A DNA stretch of 64,000 bases from Clostridia bacterium. GTDB lineage: Bacteria; Bacillota; Clostridia; Oscillospirales; CAG-272. The stretch's first letter is position 1. Each line of letters opens with the position of its first letter. Shown here one piece after another: positions 9,903-19,241 of the stretch. The position numbers and the translations under genes were made by a program. Under the pieces are notes generated by a model. It saw only the letters and a program-made list of their open reading frames with translations, was not told the DNA's origin and did not search any database. The stretch lies in assembly GCA_017621695.1 (NCBI GenBank), contig JAGASP010000127.1, positions 2,681 to 66,680 of the forward strand, read 5' to 3'.

Positions 9903-12489
9903 TCCCTATCTCTTGCTTGTTGCCATCCCTGTCCTGCTTCTTCTGGTTATTCCTTTCATCATTGCCATCCGCAAGGAAAACAAAAGCAAGAGTGCCGTTG
10001 TTTCTCTGATCCTGCATATCGCGATCATGGCGCTTGTCGTGTTGGCCGCCGCAGGTATGATCGCTACCACCGTCATCACCGAGACCCACGTCTACGTGGT
10101 TGCCGACGTGTCTTATTCTGCACACGAAAACCTGGATAAGGTGGACGAATATATCAGGGATCTGCAGGATAAGCTGCCCAAAAACTCTAAGGTGGGTGTG
10201 ATTTGCTTCGGCAAGGATTATACCGTTCTGACGCCCATGGGCGGCACGGTTCAGCCTGTCAGCTCAGCCAAGGTAGATGACAGCGCCACCAATATCTCCG
10301 CCGCGCTCAATTATACCTCAACGCTTTTTAAAAACGACGTAATCAAACGCATCGTATTGATCACCGACGGTAAAGAGACCGACGATGACGCTACGGCAGA
10401 ATTCGTACAGGCCGTGGAGAATCTCCACAGCAAAAATATTTATCTCGATGCTGTCTATCTGGATGATAATCTTCCCGAAGGCGCACCCGAGGTACAGGTG
10501 TCGGGGGTGGATTTCACGCATTCCACTTACCTCCATCACGAATCCATTGCCAATGTCAAGCTGCAGTCCGGCTTTGAGGGCCAGGCCATCGTGACTTTGA
10601 AAAAAGACGGCGTTGAGCATTCTTACACGGCTGTCTCTCTTTCTCAGGGATACAACATTGTCAACTTTACGTTGGATACCTCTGAGGCCGGGACGTACGA
10701 CTATGAGGTTTCGGTCAACGCCGAAGGTGACCAATCCCCCTACAACAATGCATATCGCTTTACCCAAACCGTTGCGGGGCGTTTGAACATCCTGTTGGTT
10801 TCCTCTGCTCCCGAGGATCTGGAAAAAGCACAGGAGCTCTATGGAGATTCTGCAGAGATCCATGCCTTTATCAATGACCCGAATGTCCCTTATACCATTG
10901 AAGAGATCTGTCAGTACGACGAGATCATTCTTTCGAGCGTGGATGTCCGTACCCTGAACAACTATACCTCCTTCATTACGTCTGTGGACAAGGCTGTATC
11001 CCAGTTTGGCAAGAGTCTTGTCACCATGGGCGATCTGCTTCTCCAAAACAAGGATGAGGAGGTTCTGGATCAGCTTGCGGATATGCTTCCTGTGAAATTC
11101 GGAAATTCGGATCAGGATGCCAAGCTTTACGGTATCGTTCTGGATACCTCCAGAAGTATGCAGAACGCATCCCGTCTGGCTATTGCCAAATCTGCAGCCA
11201 TTCATCTTCTGGATCTTTTGAACGACGATGACCACGTGATGATCATCTCCTTCTCAGGTGACGTGTCCGTCATTCAAGCACCTACGCCCGCATACAACAG
11301 GGAAGAGATTTCCCGTATGATCATGGATATCCAGCCGACGCAGGGTACCTATATCGGTCTTGCCATGCGTCAGGCCTACGATCTTATGGCACTTCTGCCG
11401 TACTCCGAGCGCCAGGTCATGCTGATCTCCGACGGTATGTCACACTCCTTCGAGCCGGACGATCCTGCCGAAGTAGCCGCGCTTTTGCGTGACGTTGATA
11501 TTTATACTTCCGTATTGAATACGGCCTCTACCTTTGGTGAAACCCCCATGAAGGCAATTGCAGCCGCAGGCGGCGGTTACTACTATAGCGTAGATGACGA
11601 ACGCGACCTCGAGGAGCTGATGTTCACCAAGATCGCGGATGATCTGACGGAATCCGTGATCGAAGTGGAATCCCCCGTCAACATTGTTCTGAAAAACAAT
11701 GAAATTTTGGACGGCATTCCCTCGTTGCCTCCCATTGGAGGTTTCGTCTACGCCAAAGCCAAGGCCAGTGCTACGACGGTACTTACCACCGACTATAAGA
11801 AAGCCGAAGGAAAAACGACCAATCCTCCCGTGTATGCATACTGGGAATACGGTAACGGACGTGTTGCTTCCTTTACCGCAACCTTTACCGGAAAATGGAT
11901 GCAGGCTTGGGAAAATGCGGAAGGTCAAAGATTCTTTGAAAATCTTTTAGAGGTCAATACCCCCGAAGAAAGAATCGACTATCCCTTTACCCTGAATATT
12001 CATTTCGACGGTACGTATTCTCAAGTAGAAATCATTCCCGTCACTTTGAATCCCCATGCAACCACAACGGTCAAGCTGTGGCTGCCAGGCTCTGCTACCC
12101 CCGTTGAAGAAGTGCTTACCTTCGACTCCGCCCGCTATTTCTATGATTTCAATACGCCGGATCTGGGTAAATACGACATTGAGATCACCTATGCCTACGA
12201 TGATAAGGTCTTTACCGCACGCACGGCATATAATATCTCGTATTCTCCCGAATATGACCGCTTCGTCATTTTTGACGCAGGATCCTTGCATGAATGCATC
12301 CGTAACCGAGGAACCGTGACCGAGGGGGCTGTTCCGGAGATCGTCAACGACGAAAACGAAGTGGCGACCTACGAGGTCTCTTATGCGATCCCCATGCTCA
12401 TCGCGGCCGTAGTTATTTTCGTGATCGATATCTTTATCCGCAAGATCAAATGGAAAGATATCCTCAGCCTGTTTGGCAAAAAAGCGTAA
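9880..12489 (+). CDS. Membrane protein with two vWA domains
   Basis: BatA-like N-terminus NPYLLLVAIPVLLLLVIPFIIAI, two MIDAS-type motifs (YVVADVSYS and IVLDTSRSM), and a C-terminal TM anchor (IPMLIAAVVIFVIDIFI). I prefer ATG 9880 (MRNISFDNPYLL) over the TTG track start at 9853. It overlaps the upstream gene by 23 nt. Confidence 0.8.
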   Translation: MRNISFDNPYLLLVAIPVLLLLVIPFIIAIRKENKSKSAVVSLILHIAIMALVVLAAAGMIATTVITETHVYVVADVSYSAHENLDKVDEYIRDLQDKLPKNSKVGVICFGKDYTVLTPMGGTVQPVSSAKVDDSATNISAALNYTSTLFKNDVIKRIVLITDGKETDDDATAEFVQAVENLHSKNIYLDAVYLDDNLPEGAPEVQVSGVDFTHSTYLHHESIANVKLQSGFEGQAIVTLKKDGVEHSYTAVSLSQGYNIVNFTLDTSEAGTYDYEVSVNAEGDQSPYNNAYRFTQTVAGRLNILLVSSAPEDLEKAQELYGDSAEIHAFINDPNVPYTIEEICQYDEIILSSVDVRTLNNYTSFITSVDKAVSQFGKSLVTMGDLLLQNKDEEVLDQLADMLPVKFGNSDQDAKLYGIVLDTSRSMQNASRLAIAKSAAIHLLDLLNDDDHVMIISFSGDVSVIQAPTPAYNREEISRMIMDIQPTQGTYIGLAMRQAYDLMALLPYSERQVMLISDGMSHSFEPDDPAEVAALLRDVDIYTSVLNTASTFGETPMKAIAAAGGGYYYSVDDERDLEELMFTKIADDLTESVIEVESPVNIVLKNNEILDGIPSLPPIGGFVYAKAKASATTVLTTDYKKAEGKTTNPPVYAYWEYGNGRVASFTATFTGKWMQAWENAEGQRFFENLLEVNTPEERIDYPFTLNIHFDGTYSQVEIIPVTLNPHATTTVKLWLPGSATPVEEVLTFDSARYFYDFNTPDLGKYDIEITYAYDDKVFTARTAYNISYSPEYDRFVIFDAGSLHECIRNRGTVTEGAVPEIVNDENEVATYEVSYAIPMLIAAVVIFVIDIFIRKIKWKDILSLFGKKA

Positions 12490-12502
12490 GGAGGACAGTT
12501 GC

Positions 12503-14029
12503 ATGAAAATTTTAAAGCATATGACCATCACCCTCCTGGCTATTTGCCTGCTTTGGGGAGGTGTTGCGTGCGGGGAATTCAAGGATGCCTTGGATCCCAA
12601 TCGCCAAAACGAAATTTCTACCGATACCGCTGCGGAGAATGAAACTTCCGATGCGCCTTCGGATGAAGCTTTTACTGTAACACTTAAGCTCAATGGCCAG
12701 CCGTATGCCCCTAAGTCCGAGCAACCCATCCAAGCACAGTGGACGGACGGATTTTCCTTCCATACCGCAGCATTTGATGAAAACGGTGTGGCCGCCCTGG
12801 AGGGGCTGGACGGCGACTATCAAGTGACCCTTTCCGCTGTCCCCGCAGGCCTTGCTTACAATCCCAACGTGCATACGGCAGATAACGTCAATCGCCATAT
12901 CGTCATTGACCTCTACGAGATCACCAAAACCCGCGGAAAAGGCGATGATCTCTACCGTTGCATCTCGCTATCCGATCCCGGGGTATATCAAGTGACCCTG
13001 AATAGTGCCGATCATGTTGTACTGTATGAGTTTATCCCCAGACAAAACGGTCAGTATTCCGTAGAGTCTTGGGTGGACGTGACCGCCAACGATATCAATC
13101 CGCTGTTGGATGTGTATACGGGGACGACCGCGTGGAAGCAGTTTGCATACGTTCAGGATGACGGTGGTGCAGTTTCCCACTATACCAAAAACTTCAAGTA
13201 CGAGGTAAAGGTTGCTGATGAAAATATCGGTAACGCCTTTACCTTCGGCGTCAAATGTGATACCAAAAACGGCAAATATCCCGTGACTGTGACCTTTGTT
13301 GTGCAGTTCAATGGCGGTTTTTCTTGGGACCGCACCAAGGCAACCCTCATGCTTCCCGAGGAGGATCTTCGCCATGCACCGTATCCTCCCGATGACGGCA
13401 CCCCCTATCAATTTGTCGGTGCCGAGGTGAATCGCGACGGAAGAAACGTCTTTGACGGCGATATGTACGCCATCAATCCGGAAGACGGCTTCTATCATCT
13501 CATTGATGAGGCAACGGGACAGCCGACAGGTCCGATCCTCTTTGCAAAAATTTCTCAGCCCTGCCGCTTCTTTGACGATGCTTTTACAACCATCGAATAT
13601 CACGGAAATAAGGCGCTGACGCTTTCCAACGGTACCGAAAACTACAAGCTTTTCATTGAAGGCTGGGGGGCTATGATGTCTACCGGTCAAAGTATGGGGA
13701 TGGGTTATTTCTGCGCTGCGGATTGCCCCTGCTGGGTGGATAAAATTTGCCCCGGTGCGTGCACCGAGGGATGCGAAAACTGCACCGAGCAGTGCACACC
13801 CTGCCCCGAAGAAGCCATTGGAAAACCCGGATACGCCTCCTATTGTAACGCGGACGGATGCTATCCCGTGACTGCTGAACTCAAGGACTTCTTACAGAAG
13901 TACAGCATCAGCCAGCTTTTGTTCCGCGACGGACAAGGCTTTGTGGAGACCCATGAAACCATCAAGGTTTTTGCAACCGAGGATGATCAGTGGCTCTTTG
14001 CCTGCGGTTACTACAAGCCCATCAACTAA
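12503..14029 (+). CDS. Lipoprotein with Cys-rich C-terminal segment, function unknown
   Basis: Start moved to ATG 12503, 7 nt after AAGGAGGA (12488-12495). Signal/lipobox MKILKHMTITLLAICLLWGGVAC. 11 Cys fall in 50 residues (FCAADCPCWVDKICPGACTEGCENCTEQCTPCPEE...YCNADGC). Confidence 0.75.
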   Translation: MKILKHMTITLLAICLLWGGVACGEFKDALDPNRQNEISTDTAAENETSDAPSDEAFTVTLKLNGQPYAPKSEQPIQAQWTDGFSFHTAAFDENGVAALEGLDGDYQVTLSAVPAGLAYNPNVHTADNVNRHIVIDLYEITKTRGKGDDLYRCISLSDPGVYQVTLNSADHVVLYEFIPRQNGQYSVESWVDVTANDINPLLDVYTGTTAWKQFAYVQDDGGAVSHYTKNFKYEVKVADENIGNAFTFGVKCDTKNGKYPVTVTFVVQFNGGFSWDRTKATLMLPEEDLRHAPYPPDDGTPYQFVGAEVNRDGRNVFDGDMYAINPEDGFYHLIDEATGQPTGPILFAKISQPCRFFDDAFTTIEYHGNKALTLSNGTENYKLFIEGWGAMMSTGQSMGMGYFCAADCPCWVDKICPGACTEGCENCTEQCTPCPEEAIGKPGYASYCNADGCYPVTAELKDFLQKYSISQLLFRDGQGFVETHETIKVFATEDDQWLFACGYYKPIN

Positions 14030-14052
14030 CCCATCTCAAGGAGATAAAGATC

Positions 14053-16902
14053 ATGAAAAAGCTTTTGATCCTGCTTTCATCTGCAATCCTCTTGACAGGC
14101 CTTTTGACGGCTTGTCAAAGCGGAGACGAGCAGCAGACGGAAGGGGAAACCAAACATAAGCATACCTTCGAGACCGAATGGTCTACCGATGAAGACAGCC
14201 ATTGGTACGAGGCTACCTGCGGGTGTCCCAATCTGCAGGGTAATTTCGCGACCCACACCGATGCGGACAAGGACGGCGCCTGTGATATCTGTCTTTACGA
14301 TGGCAACCATGAGCACACCTTCAAGGAAGAGTGGACTTATGATGAAACGAACCACTGGCATGCGGCCGATTGTCAGCACGCTGTCAAAAAAGACGAAGCG
14401 CCTCACGCCGACACCAATAACGACGGCCTCTGCGACGGCTGTGCGTGGAATTTTGGCCATGAGCATACCTATGCCAAGGAATGGAATCATGACGCAGAAT
14501 TCCATTGGCACGATGCTACCTGTGGACATATCGTTGAAGGTAGCGGAAAATCTGCACATAGGGATGCTGACAACAACGGCATCTGTGACGGATGTAAGTG
14601 GAATTATGACCATACCCATACCTTTGCCGAGACATGGTCGCATGACGCAGAGAAGCACTGGAAGGATACAACCTGCGAGCATTCTGTCGTCGCAGAAGAA
14701 GCGCCTCACATCGATGCAGATAACAACGGTGTTTGCGACGGCTGTGCATGGGACTATGACCACACGCACACCTATGAAACGGATCGGTGGACCCAGAATG
14801 ATACCCACCACTGGCACAAAGCAAACTGTGGCCATGATGTCGAGGGTATTGACGTAGAAGCCCATGTGGATGCTGACGAAAACCGCTCCTGCGATGTCTG
14901 TGCGTACGATTATGACCACGTCCACACCTACAATACCGATGCGTGGAGTTGGGACAAAAACAGTCACTTCCACGAGGCGACCTGCGGCCACGCAGTCAGA
15001 GCCGACGAGGAAGCCCATAAGGACGCGAATAATGACGGTGTTTGTGATGTCTGTAAATGGAACTATGACCATGCGCATTCCTTTGATTCGAATTGGACGT
15101 ATGACAAGACCAACCATTGGCGCGCAGCTACCTGCGGACATGACGTTAAGGATAAGGTCATGCCTCATGAGGATCTTAATAACGATAAGTCGTGCGACGT
15201 GTGTGCATGGGACTATGACCACACCCATTCGTTTGATAAATCCAAGCTGACGATCGGTACGGACACCCACTACTACGCACCCTCTTGCGGTTGTAATCCT
15301 CAGTACGTTCGCGGAGAGGAAATTCCTCACGAGGATGCGGACTACGATGACAAGTGCGATATCTGTGGCGGCTTCGTTTCCTTGGAGATCGTTGTTGATA
15401 ACGCGACGGCCGAGGAAACCGCCGGACTCATCAAAGAGGGTACGATTGACCTTACGTTCAATGCATCCAATTATAAGGGTAACGTAGCTTACGAATTCGG
15501 CAGCGGATATCTGCACATTCTGGATAACCAGACCTACGGAAACGAGACCAATCAGTATAATAACAGTTACGAGTATTGGTACGATTTGTCTGAAAATGGC
15601 ACGATCTTTGCCATTGCCAAGGAGGATGGAGATCCCTTCCGCAATCTGGGTGCCGAGGCCATCTTTATGCAGGGATATTACTTCTCGGGTGAATTCATTT
15701 CCTACGCATTCAATTGCTACGGTGTGGAAGAGCTTCTGTACCAGCTTTACGGTATGCATATCTCGGTGGATTTTGCCGCTGCCTGCACCCAGTATATGGA
15801 ATTCTATGACCAGTCCTCCGATACCTACAGCTTCTCCTTCCTCTACGGCGGTCTTTACGTCGGCGTTGATTTCCGTGTCAATGCCCAGGGCGCTGTGACA
15901 TATTTGAAGCTGATTACAGGGCCGAGTGCAGATGCCCCCCAGAGCACGGTCATCATCAATCAGAAGGCCGGTGAGAGAAGTGCCATCAACCCCTACGATC
16001 CCGATACCATTCTCATCAATTCTTACGATATTGTGGATATCAACGGCAAGCAGATCAAGGATGGAGACGTGATCCATATGATCACAGGCGCAGATTACAA
16101 GCTGGATCTCCGGATTGAGAATATGTTGCCTACGACCGCCAATTCCGCTTTTGACCGCGTTCGTATTTCTTGTAGCGATCCCGAAGCAGTGCTGACTTTT
16201 GCGGGAACTGCAGGCAATATGATCGTTAACGCGCAGAAGGAGGGCACTTACACGGTTTCCTTCATAACTGAAAAGATGGTGAAGAATATTACCATTGTTG
16301 TGAAGTATCCTGCACCTAAGTCTATCAAGGGTCAGGTATACGATGCAAACGGCGCTTACGCAACCTATGATGAATACACCATGTATCTCGGCAATGTCAT
16401 GCACTTTGTCGCAGGCGTTGCGGATCATACGGACGGACGCTATACAGCGGTTATTACAGAAAACGGTGCTAACGCCACGCTCTCCGATGCAACCATTGAA
16501 GTGCTCAGAGAACCCGTGAACGTTACCGCATTTACGCCTACAAAGGTCGGTAAATACGTGATCACCATCACCTCTGTGGCGGATCCTTCCGTGACCTGCA
16601 CGCTGACGGTCAACGTCACCGAAAAGATTGAGGTCAGTGATATCCTGAATGGCACATGGGTCTTCTCGACGACCTATAAGATTGTATTTACGCCTGAAGC
16701 ACCCGGCGCTACCAAGGGTACGTTTGAAGTGACTCATACGCCGAAGAACGGTGACCCCAAATCCGCTGTTTACCGCTACGAATACAAAACTGACGGCTTG
16801 GATATCACTTACGTATCGGGCGACGAATTTACCGTCAAGCTCAGTATCACAGCAAAATTCCAGTTGAAGTATGGTGCATATACCATGAAACGCCCCGAAT
16901 AA
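14053..16902 (+). CDS. Lipoprotein with eight tandem His/Cys-rich repeats and C-terminal Ig-like domains, function unknown
   Basis: Start moved to ATG 14053 (AAGGAG upstream). Signal/lipobox MKKLLILLSSAILLTGLLTAC. Eight ~50-aa repeats follow (see the repeat feature). The C-terminal half has beta-rich segments such as DVIHMITGADYKLDLRIEN...NAQKEGTYTVSFITE (Big_2-like by eye). Confidence 0.8.
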   Translation: MKKLLILLSSAILLTGLLTACQSGDEQQTEGETKHKHTFETEWSTDEDSHWYEATCGCPNLQGNFATHTDADKDGACDICLYDGNHEHTFKEEWTYDETNHWHAADCQHAVKKDEAPHADTNNDGLCDGCAWNFGHEHTYAKEWNHDAEFHWHDATCGHIVEGSGKSAHRDADNNGICDGCKWNYDHTHTFAETWSHDAEKHWKDTTCEHSVVAEEAPHIDADNNGVCDGCAWDYDHTHTYETDRWTQNDTHHWHKANCGHDVEGIDVEAHVDADENRSCDVCAYDYDHVHTYNTDAWSWDKNSHFHEATCGHAVRADEEAHKDANNDGVCDVCKWNYDHAHSFDSNWTYDKTNHWRAATCGHDVKDKVMPHEDLNNDKSCDVCAWDYDHTHSFDKSKLTIGTDTHYYAPSCGCNPQYVRGEEIPHEDADYDDKCDICGGFVSLEIVVDNATAEETAGLIKEGTIDLTFNASNYKGNVAYEFGSGYLHILDNQTYGNETNQYNNSYEYWYDLSENGTIFAIAKEDGDPFRNLGAEAIFMQGYYFSGEFISYAFNCYGVEELLYQLYGMHISVDFAAACTQYMEFYDQSSDTYSFSFLYGGLYVGVDFRVNAQGAVTYLKLITGPSADAPQSTVIINQKAGERSAINPYDPDTILINSYDIVDINGKQIKDGDVIHMITGADYKLDLRIENMLPTTANSAFDRVRISCSDPEAVLTFAGTAGNMIVNAQKEGTYTVSFITEKMVKNITIVVKYPAPKSIKGQVYDANGAYATYDEYTMYLGNVMHFVAGVADHTDGRYTAVITENGANATLSDATIEVLREPVNVTAFTPTKVGKYVITITSVADPSVTCTLTVNVTEKIEVSDILNGTWVFSTTYKIVFTPEAPGATKGTFEVTHTPKNGDPKSAVYRYEYKTDGLDITYVSGDEFTVKLSITAKFQLKYGAYTMKRPE
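14155..15372 (+). repeat. Eight in-frame tandem coding repeats, period 150-156 nt
   Basis: Units start at 14155, 14308, 14458, 14611, 14761, 14917, 15070 and 15220. Consensus by eye: H-x-H-[TS]-[FY]-x3-4-W-x2-D-x3-H-[WFY]-x3-C-x-[HC]-x8-10-H-x-D-x2-[ND]-[DN]-x2-C-D-x-C, e.g. HTHTFAETWSHDAEKHWKDTTCEHSVVAEEAPHIDADNNGVCDGCAWDYD. Confidence 0.9.
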
Positions 16903-16983
16903 GAGTTCGGATATTTTGAAAATTCAATCAGCCTCTTCGTGGCATCTGTCCGAAGAGGCTGACCCATGAAAGAAGGAATCATC

Positions 16984-18318
16984 ATGAATTTTAAAAAACT
17001 GATTGCAGGCTTATTGCTTATGAGCTTGCTGACCGCCTCTGCTGTAGCATTCTCCTCTTGTAGCAGCAACGAGGCAGAAAAAACAACCGAAGCTCCCGCA
17101 ACCGAGGCTTCCACACCTGCTGAAACGCAACCCGAGGAAACAGAGCCTGCAACCGAAGCTACTGTGGAGCTTGCCTGTAACCTTACCGTGACGGATCAGG
17201 ACGGAACGCCCATTCCTAACGCTACTGCATATCTTTCTCACAAAAACGGTCAGCTTGCACAGATTGCCGTGCAGCTGGATGAAAACGGTAAAGCGACCGT
17301 AACGCTTGCCACAGGTGCCTATACGGTGACCTATGAAAATCTTCCCGAGGGCCATCTTCCCGACGATACCACGCTGACTGTCGCATACGGAACCGCCGAC
17401 TATACTCTGAAGGTTCTCAACAATATCCCCAACGGTACGGCAGAAAGACCCTTTACCGTTACGGATGAAACGACCGAGGTGAAGATCCCCGCCAAAACCT
17501 CCTATACCTATGTGATGTTCAATGCCATGGACAGAACCATCGTCATTGAAAATACGACCCTAAAGGTAAGTTATAAGTCTGTAGAATATGCTCCCGATGA
17601 AAACGGAACGGTCAGCGTTCTTCTGACCAATGAATCTCCCCGTGATCCTGGTTATTTTACCCTCGTGAATGAGGGGGATGCCGAGGTGTCGGCAACCGTC
17701 AACATTCAGGCAACCGCAGGCTCCATGAACAATCCTTACGTCATCGAAGCCCTGGGCGAAAACGTTGTGGCTACGGTTCCGAAGAGTGCAACCGTATACT
17801 ACAAGTGGACGGCAACCCAAACGGGAGTTCTGATGCTTACCTCTCTTACGCCCAATAACTATATTGCCATGAGCAATTTGGCCAACTCTACGGTATCTTA
17901 CTTTACCAACGGCGAAGTTGCAACATACCTGAACGTCACGGCGGGAGATGAAATTCTCATCTCGGTTGCCAGCACCAAAACCGATGTGGACAGTATGGAA
18001 ATCACCTTCAAGCTGACCGAGCATACGGCTACGGTTGAGGATAGTATTCCTGTTTGGGAAGGTGAATTCGCCTTTACACTGACTGCGGGCGCTTCCTATA
18101 GCTTTACGACAGCAGAGGGCGTTTCTGTCGGTGCCTTGCAGGTAAAGGGACAAGGGATCAAGGTGACCTTCAACGGCGAGATCCTTGAACCCGATGAAAA
18201 GGGGATTGTCGATATTCTAGTAACCGGTGAAGGGAAAAATCTGAACCTCACGGTTGAAAATCAAAGCTCCGAGCGTCAGGAAATTACCGTTTCGATCATA
18301 GGCGCTCTCCAGCCTTAA
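16984..18318 (+). CDS. Lipoprotein, function unknown (last gene of the MoxR/vWA operon)
   Basis: Start moved to ATG 16984 (GAAAGAAGGA upstream). Signal/lipobox MNFKKLIAGLLLMSLLTASAVAFSSC. A Thr/Pro/Glu-rich linker follows, then a prealbumin/CarboxypepD_reg-like segment (LTVTDQDGTPIPNATAYL...GKATVTLATGAYTVTYENLPEG). Confidence 0.7.
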   Translation: MNFKKLIAGLLLMSLLTASAVAFSSCSSNEAEKTTEAPATEASTPAETQPEETEPATEATVELACNLTVTDQDGTPIPNATAYLSHKNGQLAQIAVQLDENGKATVTLATGAYTVTYENLPEGHLPDDTTLTVAYGTADYTLKVLNNIPNGTAERPFTVTDETTEVKIPAKTSYTYVMFNAMDRTIVIENTTLKVSYKSVEYAPDENGTVSVLLTNESPRDPGYFTLVNEGDAEVSATVNIQATAGSMNNPYVIEALGENVVATVPKSATVYYKWTATQTGVLMLTSLTPNNYIAMSNLANSTVSYFTNGEVATYLNVTAGDEILISVASTKTDVDSMEITFKLTEHTATVEDSIPVWEGEFAFTLTAGASYSFTTAEGVSVGALQVKGQGIKVTFNGEILEPDEKGIVDILVTGEGKNLNLTVENQSSERQEITVSIIGALQP

Positions 18319-18343
18319 GTCCTGTCGGTTTTTAAAGCCAGCC

Positions 18344-18380
18344 AAAAGCGCAGACGGCATATGGTCGCCTGCGCTTTTTC
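18344..18380 (+). terminator. Rho-independent terminator ending the nine-gene operon
   Basis: Stem AGCGCAG (18347-18353) pairs with CTGCGCT (18369-18375), followed by a T-run. Confidence 0.7.
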
Positions 18381-18429
18381 TGTTGAAAAAAGAATTCAGC
18401 GCAAAAATGCCCAAAAATCATTTTCCCTC

Positions 18430-18458
18430 TTGAAACTATTGGCAAAATGCGATATAAT
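18430..18458 (+). promoter_or_regulatory. Sigma-A-type promoter of the two-component system
   Basis: TTGAAA (18430-18435), a 17-nt spacer, then TATAAT (18453-18458). Confidence 0.65.
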
Positions 18459-18488
18459 AAATATATTCCAGCACACGGAGGTTTCACT

Positions 18489-19241
18489 ATGCCCGAGCAA
18501 ATGATGTATCCACCCGCCGATATACCCACAAATGAATGGATCCTTGTTGTGGATGACGAACAGGACATCCGCACACTTTTGCGCATTCTGTTTGAAAAAG
18601 AAGGATGGAAGGTCGCTGAAGCCGCAAACGGCAGGGAAGCACTCAGTTTTGCGGAAACTGCATCTGCGGACATTTCTTTGATCGTTATGGATATTATGAT
18701 GCCTGTGATGAACGGCATAGAGGCTGCGCAAAAACTGCGTTCCCTCACAGGAGCGCCGATTCTGTTCCTGACAGCGCGCTCATCGGATGCTGACAAAACA
18801 GTAGCTTATCGAAGTGGTGCAGACGACTATATCGTCAAGCCCTTTCACGCGACCGATCTGCGCCTCAAGGCGCATGCCATGATCTCGCGGTATCGCCGTT
18901 ACCGTGATACGCTCGTTCGTCTGGAATTGAACGAGAATGAGGACGTGTATTCTCCTGCTCCCGGAATTGAAGTCCGATTCCATGAAAAAATCGTGACAAA
19001 AAACGGTAAAAGAATCATGTTGACCGACAGAGAATACGCGCTTTTGAGTTTCTTTTGCCGAAATAGGCAAAAAACCTTGTCACCGGCAGAGATCTATGAA
19101 GCTGTTTGGGAAGAGCCATATTTAAATACTTCCTCCAATACCGTCATCGTCCACATCGCCAATTTGCGCAAAAAAATAGAGCAGGACGGAGGCACCTCCT
19201 TTATCCGCACCGTATGGGGAAAGGGGTATCGTATTGACTAA
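18489..19241 (+). CDS. OmpR-family response regulator
   Basis: Receiver motifs ILVVDDEQDIR, LIVMDIMMPVMNG and DDYIVKPF, plus a winged-helix C-terminus (LTDREYALLSFF...IRTVWGKGYRI). Start moved to ATG 18489 (GGAGG 7 nt upstream) because the track start at 18447 lies inside the promoter. Confidence 0.9.
   Translation: MPEQMMYPPADIPTNEWILVVDDEQDIRTLLRILFEKEGWKVAEAANGREALSFAETASADISLIVMDIMMPVMNGIEAAQKLRSLTGAPILFLTARSSDADKTVAYRSGADDYIVKPFHATDLRLKAHAMISRYRRYRDTLVRLELNENEDVYSPAPGIEVRFHEKIVTKNGKRIMLTDREYALLSFFCRNRQKTLSPAEIYEAVWEEPYLNTSSNTVIVHIANLRKKIEQDGGTSFIRTVWGKGYRID

Noticed and set aside
13990-14052. N-terminal extensions of track ORFs (also 12473, 16966, 18447, 21066, 38631-38717, 39367-39474, 41564-41734, 50987-51055, 57160)
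   Set aside because: In each case an internal ATG is preceded by a good SD. It begins a canonical signal peptide or conserved N-terminus, or removes overlap with the upstream gene or promoter. I therefore used the shorter gene models.
14077-16737. 886-aa minus-strand ORF
   Set aside because: It is fully antisense to the His/Cys-repeat lipoprotein gene. Its composition is dominated by R/V/I/G/H runs, and it has no start context or recognisable motif.
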